From Alphaproteobacteria bacterium (GTDB lineage: Bacteria; Pseudomonadota; Alphaproteobacteria; GCA-2731375): 64,000 nucleotides of DNA. The notes beneath the pieces were generated by a model that was not told the DNA's origin, did not search any database, and was given only the letters and a program-made list of their open reading frames with translations. Within the stretch, counting starts at the first letter, position 1, and each line of letters opens with the position of its first letter. The translations under genes were made by a program, and so were the position numbers. Positions 56,091-64,000 of the stretch are shown here, in pieces. The stretch is from assembly GCA_965225945.1 (NCBI GenBank), contig CBDDBZ010000022.1, positions 32,001-96,000 of the forward strand. Direction: 5' to 3'.

Positions 56091-57416
56091 ATGGCGCGCA
56101 GACGGGACTGGCACGACGCCGAGTTCGCCTCCGAGGTGGAGGGCTCCATGGTGCAGGGTCCGAATCCGGCCCTCAACACCGTCTTCATCCTGATCATCTG
56201 TCTCCTCGTCAGCGCCTTCTTCTGGGCCTACAAGTCGGAGGTCGACGAGGTCACCCGGGGCCAAGGCCGAATTATTCCCTCGTCCAAGACCCAGGTGGTG
56301 CAGAACCTCGAGGGCGGCATCCTGAAGGAGATCTTCGTCAAGGACGGCGATAGAGTCGAAGTCGGCGAGGTGCTGATCAGGATCGACAACACGGGCGCGG
56401 CCGCCAGCTACGGCGAGTTGAAGGCAAACCGCTTCGCGCTGATGGGCCGGGTCACCCGCCTCACGGCGCAGGCCGAGAACAAGCCATTGCGCTTCCCGGC
56501 CGAGCTGATGGCCGAGTCGCGGCAGATCGCCCTCAACGAGGAGCAACTCTTCAACGCCAGCGAGAGCGCGCTGCAATCGCAGATCTCGATCCTTCGCGTG
56601 CAGGCCGATCAACGCAAACAGGAGTTGGCGGAGCTATTCGGCAAGATCAACAAGCTGAAGGCGAGCCTTGATCTCGCCAACGAGGAGTTGCAACTGACCG
56701 AACCGTTGGCGAAAAAGGGGATCGTTCCGGCGATCGACCTGATCCGCATCAAGCGGCAGGTCGCCGAGCTTTCGGGCGAACACAAGATGACGAAACTCGC
56801 GGTACCGAGAGCCCGCTCCGCCGTCAAGGAAGCCAATCGCCGCATCGAGGAGAAGTTCAATACCCGTCGCACCGAATCCCTGACCGAGCTGAACCAGTCG
56901 CGGGCCGAGTTGGCCCAGGTCGAGGAAACCATCAACGCCGCGCGCGACCGGGTGGTGCGAACCGATGTCGTCTCCCCGGTCAGGGGCATCATCAAGGAGT
57001 TGAAGGTGCGGACCGTGGGCGGTGTCATCAAGCCCGGCATGGATCTGGTCCAGATCGTGCCGGTCGACGATACCCTGTTGGTCGAGGCCAAGATTCGCCC
57101 CTCCGACATCGCCTTCCTCAGCATCGATCAAGTGGCGACGGTGAAGCTCACCGCCTATGACTTTTCGATCTATGGCGGGCTCGACGGGCGGCTGGAGCGG
57201 ATCAGCGCCGATACCATAACTGACGATGACGGCGAGGAATTCTATCACGTAATCATCCGCACCGATCAGAACTACTTGGAGCGCGGCGAGAAGAAGCTGC
57301 CGATCATCCCGGGCATGGTCGCCAGCGTCGATGTCCTGACCGGCCGCAAGACCATTCTCGACTATCTCCTGAAGCCCATCCTCAAGACGAGGAACGAGGC
57401 GTTGAGCGAGCGGTGA
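56091..57416 (+). CDS. HlyD-family T1SS membrane fusion protein
   Basis: QVVQNLEGGI, VSPVRG, AYDFSIYG, PGMVASVD, YLLKP. Confidence 0.95.
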   Translation: MARRRDWHDAEFASEVEGSMVQGPNPALNTVFILIICLLVSAFFWAYKSEVDEVTRGQGRIIPSSKTQVVQNLEGGILKEIFVKDGDRVEVGEVLIRIDNTGAAASYGELKANRFALMGRVTRLTAQAENKPLRFPAELMAESRQIALNEEQLFNASESALQSQISILRVQADQRKQELAELFGKINKLKASLDLANEELQLTEPLAKKGIVPAIDLIRIKRQVAELSGEHKMTKLAVPRARSAVKEANRRIEEKFNTRRTESLTELNQSRAELAQVEETINAARDRVVRTDVVSPVRGIIKELKVRTVGGVIKPGMDLVQIVPVDDTLLVEAKIRPSDIAFLSIDQVATVKLTAYDFSIYGGLDGRLERISADTITDDDGEEFYHVIIRTDQNYLERGEKKLPIIPGMVASVDVLTGRKTILDYLLKPILKTRNEALSER

Positions 57417-58135
57417 CGGCGGTGTGGCCCGGCATTCGACGGCGAACGGCCGGCGCGGCGCTGGCCGCGCTGGTTCTCGGCGTCGGCATTTCCGCCTCGA
57501 TACCGGCGCGAAGCGGGACGGCGACGGTGGGGCTGTTCGGCTATCTGGAGTTTCCCTCGCCCGACCTCGCCGCCTTGCCGGTCTGGCTCGACGTATTTTC
57601 CCGCCTCGAGACCGACCGCGAGCGCGCGCGGGCTTGCGACGAGGACGAGGCGGCTTGCGGCGGCACGATCGTCACCGTGTGGCGCGCCAAGGTTCAGGAG
57701 CTGGCGAACCTCGACGTCGAGTCGCAGCTGCAAGAGGTCAATCGCTACGTCAACGGCCTCGCCGAGCTCGGTCCGAGCCCGACGAAGGGCGGGACGGAGC
57801 GCTGGACCGCGCCGTTCGAGTTTCTGGAGAAGGGTGGCGCCGCGGCCGATTTCGCGGTCATGAAATTCGCCACGTTGCGCGATCTCGGCATGGCCAACGA
57901 GGCGATGCGCATCGCCGTGGTCTATGACGCGCTTCGCAACCGGCGCCACGCCGTGCTCGTGGTCCGCCACGCAAGCGGATTCCGCGTCCTCGACACCTGG
58001 AGCGACGCCGTGCTCGATGCGTCGCGGGTTAAATACTACGTGCCATTCTATTCGGTGAACGAGACGACCCGATGGGCACACGTCGTGAACCGGCCCCTCG
58101 GCGCGGCCGGACGCGCTGACGATGAGGCGAAGTGA
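57413..58135 (+). CDS. BTLCP/LapG-like periplasmic transglutaminase-like peptidase lacking the catalytic Cys
   Basis: Signal peptide; VNRYVN, WTAPFEFLEKGGAAADFAVMKF, HAVLVV, VLD, YVPFYSVN. Confidence 0.82.
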   Translation: MTAVWPGIRRRTAGAALAALVLGVGISASIPARSGTATVGLFGYLEFPSPDLAALPVWLDVFSRLETDRERARACDEDEAACGGTIVTVWRAKVQELANLDVESQLQEVNRYVNGLAELGPSPTKGGTERWTAPFEFLEKGGAAADFAVMKFATLRDLGMANEAMRIAVVYDALRNRRHAVLVVRHASGFRVLDTWSDAVLDASRVKYYVPFYSVNETTRWAHVVNRPLGAAGRADDEAK

Positions 58136-58137
58136 TC

Positions 58138-60228
58138 ATGTCCGAGTCGAACTCCCCCGCCACCGCGCTCGAGATGTTGAGCTTGCCGGCCCAGCGATCC
58201 GGACGCGCCGGCGGCAAGTGGATGCTCGCCCTGGCGTCGAGCCTGGTCCTGTCCGTCCTTTGCGTCGGCATCATCGTCCTGGATTACTCGGTCCGCGACG
58301 AGGAAGCGAGCCTGCTGGGGAGCACGAGCGATCGCCTGCAGGTCTCGGCGACGGGCCGCGCCGAGGTGCTGTCGGAATGGCTGAAGGGCCGGCTCGCGCT
58401 GGCGGAGCCGATTTCCGAGAGCGATCTTTTTCTGCTGTTCGCGGCGGAGGTCGACCTGGCGGGCCCCGGATCGGTGGCGGCGGGGCCATTGGGCGATCAA
58501 CTGGCCTATATGCAGGCGAGCCTGGCCGCCTTCCAGCGCCAGGCCGGTCTGCTCGGCGCCTATCTGGCGAACCGGGACGGCGTGGTCTACGCCGCTGGCC
58601 CCGATGCACCGAGCCTGGTGGAGAGACAGCGCGAAGCGGTCAAGGCGATGTTCCCCGAGGGCCGAGCGACCATCCTTCCGCTACGCGAAAGCTCGGACGG
58701 CTTGGTGCTCGATCTGCTGGTGCCGCTGCACCCGCCGCAGAGCGTTTCGGCGGCGGACGCCAAGCGGACCGTCGGCGTGCTGGTGATGACGCTGCTCGCA
58801 GAGCGCCGGATCAAGAACGCGATGGCACCGAGTTCGCTGGCCAATCAGGGCGAGGTCGCCCACCTGTTGCAACTGTCCCAGGGACGCCACCTGGCGATCC
58901 GTCCGGGTGAAAATCCGGCGTTGGCGCCGACCACGCTCGAGGCGGGTGACAAACCCAGGGCCGTCCACTTCGACGAGCGCGCGGGCATCGACGGCCGGCC
59001 GGAGTGGCTGTCGGTCGGCGTCGTGGTCTCCGGGGCGCCTTGGGTGGTGCTGGAGGAGATCGCCAAATCACGAGCGCTGGAGCCGCTGGGCGGCCATCGC
59101 CTGTTCGGCGGGCTGATCGTCGTGTTGTCGACGATCGGATTCGCGGCGGCGGCGCTCGCCTTCTGGTGGCGCCAGGGCAGCGAGACCAATCGGGCGATGG
59201 CCCGGCAATATCACGAGCTGGCCGGCCGTCTGCAGACCCAGCGGCAATTGCTCGACTCGATCAACGCCTCGATCCAGGAACACATCACGGTCAAGGACGC
59301 GGACGCGAAGTACATCTACGCCAACCCGGCCTTCGCGCGGGTGGTGGGGCTGCCACTCGACTCCTTGATCGGGTTGACCGATCGCGCGCTCTTCCAGTCC
59401 GAAGAGGCCGAGCAACTGGCCGCCGAGGATGCCGAGATCATCGCCGGCGGCGAGGTGGCGAGCCAGCTCGTCTCCATCGACGTGGCCGGCGTCGAGCGCC
59501 AGTTCCAACTCTCGAAGGGGCCGTTCCTGGACGACGAGGGACGTCGCATGGGCGTCGTCTCGGTGGCCCGCGATATCACCGAGGTCCTGGAGGCCCAACG
59601 CCTGCGCGAGACCGCGGTGATGAACACGATCCACGCCCTCTCCAACACCATCGAAGCGGTCGACCCCTATCTCTCCGGGCATTCGCGCAAGCTCGAGCGC
59701 GTCGCCAGCGGCATCGGTCGCGTTCTCGGCCTCTCCGATCCGGAAATCGCGACCCTGGAGATCGCCGCCAACCTGTCGCAGATCGGCAAGCTTTCGGTGC
59801 CGGCGGAGATCCTGACCAAATCGGGACGCCTGACGGAAGCGGAAAAGGCCGAGATCCAGGACCATATCCGCCATGCCGACCGCATCCTGGGCGATTTGGA
59901 ATTCGGCTTGCCCGTACGCGAGGTGATGCTGCAGATGCATGAGCGGCTGGACGGCAGCGGCTATCCGCTCGGCCTCGCAGGCGATGCCATCGACATCTCG
60001 GGCCGAATCCTCGGCGTCGCCGACGTCTTCGTTGCCCGCACCAACCCCCGTTCCTATCGCGACGGCGCGCGCTCGGCCGACATCCTCGAAATCCTGACCA
60101 AGAACCAGAATCGCTACGACATCCGAGTGATCGAGGCGCTGACCAGCTTCCTGGCGGGCGACGAGGGCGCCGCCATCGCGCCGGACGGTACCCAGCCCTC
60201 GGAGGCGGCATCGCCGGAGCCCGAGTAG
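58138..60228 (+). CDS. Membrane sensor: periplasmic domain + PAS + degenerate HD-GYP
   Basis: Two TM segments; YIYANPAF..ARDIT (PAS); DPYLSGHS, LSQIGK, HERLDGSGYP, VADVF. Confidence 0.9.
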   Translation: MSESNSPATALEMLSLPAQRSGRAGGKWMLALASSLVLSVLCVGIIVLDYSVRDEEASLLGSTSDRLQVSATGRAEVLSEWLKGRLALAEPISESDLFLLFAAEVDLAGPGSVAAGPLGDQLAYMQASLAAFQRQAGLLGAYLANRDGVVYAAGPDAPSLVERQREAVKAMFPEGRATILPLRESSDGLVLDLLVPLHPPQSVSAADAKRTVGVLVMTLLAERRIKNAMAPSSLANQGEVAHLLQLSQGRHLAIRPGENPALAPTTLEAGDKPRAVHFDERAGIDGRPEWLSVGVVVSGAPWVVLEEIAKSRALEPLGGHRLFGGLIVVLSTIGFAAAALAFWWRQGSETNRAMARQYHELAGRLQTQRQLLDSINASIQEHITVKDADAKYIYANPAFARVVGLPLDSLIGLTDRALFQSEEAEQLAAEDAEIIAGGEVASQLVSIDVAGVERQFQLSKGPFLDDEGRRMGVVSVARDITEVLEAQRLRETAVMNTIHALSNTIEAVDPYLSGHSRKLERVASGIGRVLGLSDPEIATLEIAANLSQIGKLSVPAEILTKSGRLTEAEKAEIQDHIRHADRILGDLEFGLPVREVMLQMHERLDGSGYPLGLAGDAIDISGRILGVADVFVARTNPRSYRDGARSADILEILTKNQNRYDIRVIEALTSFLAGDEGAAIAPDGTQPSEAASPEPE

Positions 60229-60271
60229 TGGGGCCTGCCCGGGTTAGCTCCGGTGAGTACGCCCGGTGTCG

Positions 60272-61495
60272 ATGATCGCGCGCGTGACCGGCCTGTCGGC
60301 GCGCGCGCAGGCGCCGATGTTCCTGGTCGGCATCGGCCATGGCGGCACCCATGTGGTGACCGCGACCTTCTACGTCCTGCTGCCGTTCATCCAGGTCGAA
60401 CTGGGCCTGAGCTATTTCGAGACCGGCTTGCTGGCGACGATCTTTCACGCCGCCGCCTTCACCGCCAACTTGGCGAGCGGTCTCGCCGTCGACATGAGCG
60501 GCCGGCGAGTCGCCTTCCAGATCACCGCGCTGATGGCGGGGGGGCTGGGCCTGGTGGGCTTCGGCCACGCGGCGGACTTCACCACGCTGGCGATCCTGAT
60601 CGCGCTCATCGGGGCGGCGAACAACCTTTGGCATCCGGCGGCGATCTCCTACATCTCCAACCGATTTCCGAAGAACCGGGGTTACGCGCTGTCGATCCAC
60701 GCGCTCGGCGCCAACCTCGGAGACGCGGCGGCGCCGCTGCTGGCCGGCATGTTGATGATCGGGCTGACCTGGCGGGCGACCGCGGTGATCTCGGCACTGC
60801 CCTCGCTGCTGCTGGCGTTGCTGCTGCTGGCCCTGCTCAAGCCGACCGGCACGCGCGGACGGGAGAGCGCGGGCATGAGCACCCGGGACTACCTCGCGGG
60901 TCTCCGCCGAGTGGTCACCACGCCCTCGGTCCTGCTGCTTTGCTGTCTCGGCGGATTCCGCAACCTCGCGCAGAGTGGGATTCGCACCTTCCTGCCGCTC
61001 TACCTGATTCAGGTGATGGCGATGGGGCCGTTCCTGTTCGGCCTGACTCTCTTCAGCCTGCAGATGGGCGGCATCGTCGCCTCGCCCGTCGCCGGCATCT
61101 GGTCCGACAGGATCGGCCGCCGTCCCGTGCTGCTGGCCGGCCTCGGCGCCGCCACGGTGGCGATCGTGGTGCTGACGCTGATCGGCGATCCGGTCATGTT
61201 CATCGTCGGCGTCTCGGTGCTGGGCTTCGCCCTCTTCGCCGTGCGCCCGGTGCTGCAGGGCTGGATGATGGACCTGACGCCGAGCGCTCTCGGCGGTTCG
61301 GCGACGAGCTTGATGTTCGGCGTGCAGGCGCTGTTTTCGGTCATGGCGCCGGCGATCGGCGGCCTGATCGCCGACAGCCATGGACTCCTGGTGGTGTTCT
61401 ATTGCCTGGCCGGCTCCATGTGCATCGCCAACCTGCTCGGCTATCTGCTGCCGAAAGACGCGCCGACCCGCGCCCGAGCCGGCGCCGGGGATTGA
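60272..61495 (+). CDS. MFS transporter (Fsr-like)
   Basis: Hydrophobic throughout; WHPAA, RGYALSIH, GIWSDRIGRR. Confidence 0.92.
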   Translation: MIARVTGLSARAQAPMFLVGIGHGGTHVVTATFYVLLPFIQVELGLSYFETGLLATIFHAAAFTANLASGLAVDMSGRRVAFQITALMAGGLGLVGFGHAADFTTLAILIALIGAANNLWHPAAISYISNRFPKNRGYALSIHALGANLGDAAAPLLAGMLMIGLTWRATAVISALPSLLLALLLLALLKPTGTRGRESAGMSTRDYLAGLRRVVTTPSVLLLCCLGGFRNLAQSGIRTFLPLYLIQVMAMGPFLFGLTLFSLQMGGIVASPVAGIWSDRIGRRPVLLAGLGAATVAIVVLTLIGDPVMFIVGVSVLGFALFAVRPVLQGWMMDLTPSALGGSATSLMFGVQALFSVMAPAIGGLIADSHGLLVVFYCLAGSMCIANLLGYLLPKDAPTRARAGAGD

Positions 61496-61756
61496 GGCCG
61501 CCCGATGGGTGACTCCCCTGTCCCCACCCCCATCGAGGGACGATCCCTGAAGGTGGATCCGTTCTCGGGGAGGCGGACCACGACCTTCATGCACGGCTGC
61601 GTCCGGCACCGACATGACTGGCGACGTGGCCGAAGACGACCCTCGACGAATGCACTGGTCGTGAACGGTGTTTGTCGTATACCTTCGGAGTCAAATTCCA
61701 GGTCATCTGAATGTCGGCTAAATGATCTATCTGGCTGGAGACTAGACGTTGTCTAA

Positions 61757-62345
61757 GAGGCTGACTGAAAAAGGGTTGAAGGGAATCAGTGACTTGTGGG
61801 TTCTTTGTTGTGGCTAAGCAGCAAAGGGGGCACAAGATACGGACCGCGACCACGCGCAAGAAGTCTGCCCGGGACGGCACTCGGTTTGCTAGCGATATGA
61901 CGGACGAGGAGTGGGGGTTGGTCGAACCGCTGCTACCCTCGCCGAGATCGACCGGCCGTCACCGAACGACGGATTTGCGTGAGGTGGTGAACGCGCTGCT
62001 CTACGTCGCCGAGACCGGTTGCCGGTGGCGGATGCTGCCCGAGGAGTTTCCGCCCTCTTCAACGGTTCGGGGTTATTTCTACCGCTGGCGCGACGAGGGG
62101 CTATTGGCCCGCATCAACGAACACCTGGTCATGCCGGCGCCTCTGGCGGCAGACCGCGCGGCCTCTCCCTCGACCGATGGCGAGGTCTCTACCTCGGCCG
62201 ACCGCGAGGCCGCTTCCTCGGCAGACAGCGAGGCCTCTCCCTCGGCAGACAGCGAGGCCTCTCCCTCGGCCGGCGTGATCGACACCCCCTCGGTGAAACC
62301 CAGGGAAAGCGGTGGTCCGCGTGGCCATGACGCGGGCAACAAGAA
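61757..62345 (+). mobile_element. IS5-family (IS1031-like) left end and truncated transposase
   Basis: TAA|GAGGCTGACTGAAAAAGGG end; SDMTDEEW..DLREVVNALLY..TGCRWRMLP..FPP..TV..YFYRWRDEG..GVID..GHDAG. Confidence 0.85.
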
Positions 62346-64000
62346 AAATCTGGTGGTCTATGTGGCCGACAAGGAAGGCGAGACCTTCGAGGGACGCATC
62401 ATCGTCGCCCGCAATCAGCGAATATCCGATTTTCTGAACGCGGAGAACGCCTTCGTCCCCATCGAGTTGCATGACGGGACGATCCATCTGCTCGGTCGGC
62501 GCGCGATCAGCCGCGTGGCGCCGCGAGAGGACGACGTCGGCGCGCCGGCCCGCGGCTCCTACGACCTCTCGGGACAAGCTTTCAAGCTGACCAAGCGGAA
62601 GTCCGCCGTCTCGGTGCTCACCAATGACGGCGAGGTGTTCGAGGGTCATTTCTTCGTCACCGGCGATCAGCGACTATCCGAGCTGCTGAACAGGGAAAGC
62701 GTCTTCTTCCCCTTCGAATTCCTCGACGGAAAAATTCATCTGATCCATCGGAGCGTGATCAGCCGCGAGATACCACGAGAAGAGGACGGTGGCGCGCCGA
62801 CCGAAGGCGCCTACTACGTCTTGGGACAAACTTACAAGCTGACCAAGCGAAAATCCGCCGTCTCGGTGGTCGCCGAGGACGGCCAGATCCTGGAGGGAAA
62901 TTTCTTCGTCACCGGCGATCAGCGACTATCCGATTTGCTGAACGGAAGGAACGCCTTCGTCCCCTTCGAAATTCATGGCGCTACAATCCATCTGCTCGCT
63001 CGGAGCGCGATCAGCCGCGTGGTGCCGCGAGAGGACGACAGTGGCGCGTCGACCCACGTTTACCAAGCACAAGTGCCTTTCAAGCAGCCGAAGCGGAAGA
63101 CCGCCGTCTCGCTGGTCACCAAGGACGGCGAATTTTTCGAGGGACATATCTTCGTCGCCCGCGATCAGCGAGCCTCTGATGTGCTGAACGATGGCAGCCT
63201 CTTCGTCCCCTTCGAATTCCTCGACGGAAAAATTCATCTGATCCATCGCAGTACGATCAGCCGCGTGGTACCACGTGAGGAGGAAGGTGGCGCGTCGGAA
63301 GGCGTCTACTTCGCACAAGAAACTTTTAGTCAGTCGAAGCGGAAGTCCCCCATATTGGTGGTCGCCAAGGACGACGAGGCCTTCGAGGGACATTTCTCCG
63401 TCGGCGGGACCGAGCGAATTTCCGATCTGCTGAACGCGGAGAGCGAGTTCGTTCCCTTCGAACTCCTCGACGGCACGATCCATCTGCTCGCTCGCAGCGC
63501 GATCCGCCGCGTGGTGCCGCGAAAGGACGACGGTGGCGAGTCGGGAGGCTCCTACTTCGCACAAGCATCTTTCAAGCAGCCGAAACGGAGGTTCCCCGCC
63601 GCGGTGATCACCAAGGACGACGAGGTCTTCGAGGGACACTTCTTCGTCCCCGGGCGTCAGCGATTATCTCAGGTTCTGAAAGTAGAGAACGCCTTCGTGC
63701 CCTTCGAACTTCTCGACGGTACGATCCAGCTGCTCAATCGGAGCACGATCAACCGTGTGGTCCCGCGAGAGGACGAGGACGAGGACGAGGACGAACCTTC
63801 GGCCGAATTCGTTCGCGATGTCTTCAGGGGATCGGCGCGGGAAGGTGACTTGGTGATGGAAGGTGCCGTCGAAGATATCACCGTCGACGATCCGGCCACG
63901 CTCGCCGAGGCCGCCACGGATGCCGACCTCGAAGGTCGAACCGGCCCTGCTCGAGGTCGTTCCAGACTTCATGATCCGATCGGGTGGGCCGGGACGCAGT
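61897..64000 (+). CDS. Transposase N-terminus fused in frame to six ~82-aa repeats (DUF6812-like); runs off the window
   Basis: Manual translation shows no stop from 61897 to 64000 (about 700 aa); repeat consensus KRK.AVSV...DGE.FEG.FFV...QRLSDLLN....FVPFE..DG.IHL..RS.I.RVVPRE. Confidence 0.85.
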   Translation, partial: MTDEEWGLVEPLLPSPRSTGRHRTTDLREVVNALLYVAETGCRWRMLPEEFPPSSTVRGYFYRWRDEGLLARINEHLVMPAPLAADRAASPSTDGEVSTSADREAASSADSEASPSADSEASPSAGVIDTPSVKPRESGGPRGHDAGNKKNLVVYVADKEGETFEGRIIVARNQRISDFLNAENAFVPIELHDGTIHLLGRRAISRVAPREDDVGAPARGSYDLSGQAFKLTKRKSAVSVLTNDGEVFEGHFFVTGDQRLSELLNRESVFFPFEFLDGKIHLIHRSVISREIPREEDGGAPTEGAYYVLGQTYKLTKRKSAVSVVAEDGQILEGNFFVTGDQRLSDLLNGRNAFVPFEIHGATIHLLARSAISRVVPREDDSGASTHVYQAQVPFKQPKRKTAVSLVTKDGEFFEGHIFVARDQRASDVLNDGSLFVPFEFLDGKIHLIHRSTISRVVPREEEGGASEGVYFAQETFSQSKRKSPILVVAKDDEAFEGHFSVGGTERISDLLNAESEFVPFELLDGTIHLLARSAIRRVVPRKDDGGESGGSYFAQASFKQPKRRFPAAVITKDDEVFEGHFFVPGRQRLSQVLKVENAFVPFELLDGTIQLLNRSTINRVVPREDEDEDEDEPSAEFVRDVFRGSAREGDLVMEGAVEDITVDDPATLAEAATDADLEGRTGPARGRSRLHDPIGWAGTQ

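Noticed and set aside
62101-63972. Minus-strand repeat ORFs 62101-62649, 62926-63639 and 63664-63972
   Set aside because: Antisense shadows of the continuous plus-strand repeat ORF

Overview
High-GC alphaproteobacterial chromosome segment, inferred from gene content and order. It contains core blocks (ssb/uvrA; ruvX-gatCAB-metB-like-GST-ybaK; ftsY-mtaB-dapF; ffh-rpsP-rimM-trmD-rplS-leuCDB; betA; a T1SS/Lap-like operon) and a decayed accessory region at about 1.5-18 kb. IS content is heavy: two near-identical copies of a 4.1-kb four-gene IS21-type element, plus IS66, IS1595, IS256, IS1182, an IS5 remnant and a 97-bp hairpin MITE. The complete elements and the MITE have readable target-site duplications. 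Most notable observations: (1) an ORF missing from the supplied track (61897 to the window end) fuses an IS5 transposase N-terminus in frame to six tandem ~82-aa repeats; (2) the IS21 element carries a Cys-rich ORF and a degenerate TOPRIM passenger; (3) a reconstructed two-gene operon (Zn-ribbon/possible ADP-ribosyltransferase-like protein plus TPR protein) has each gene disrupted by a different IS; (4) in the Lap-like locus both the LapG-like protease and the HD-GYP partner lack canonical catalytic residues; (5) there are tandem PilZ-like/coiled-coil paralogues. Several single-base frameshifts fall in homopolymers, including in ssb, and may be assembly errors. All family calls come from reading motifs by eye; no searches were run.
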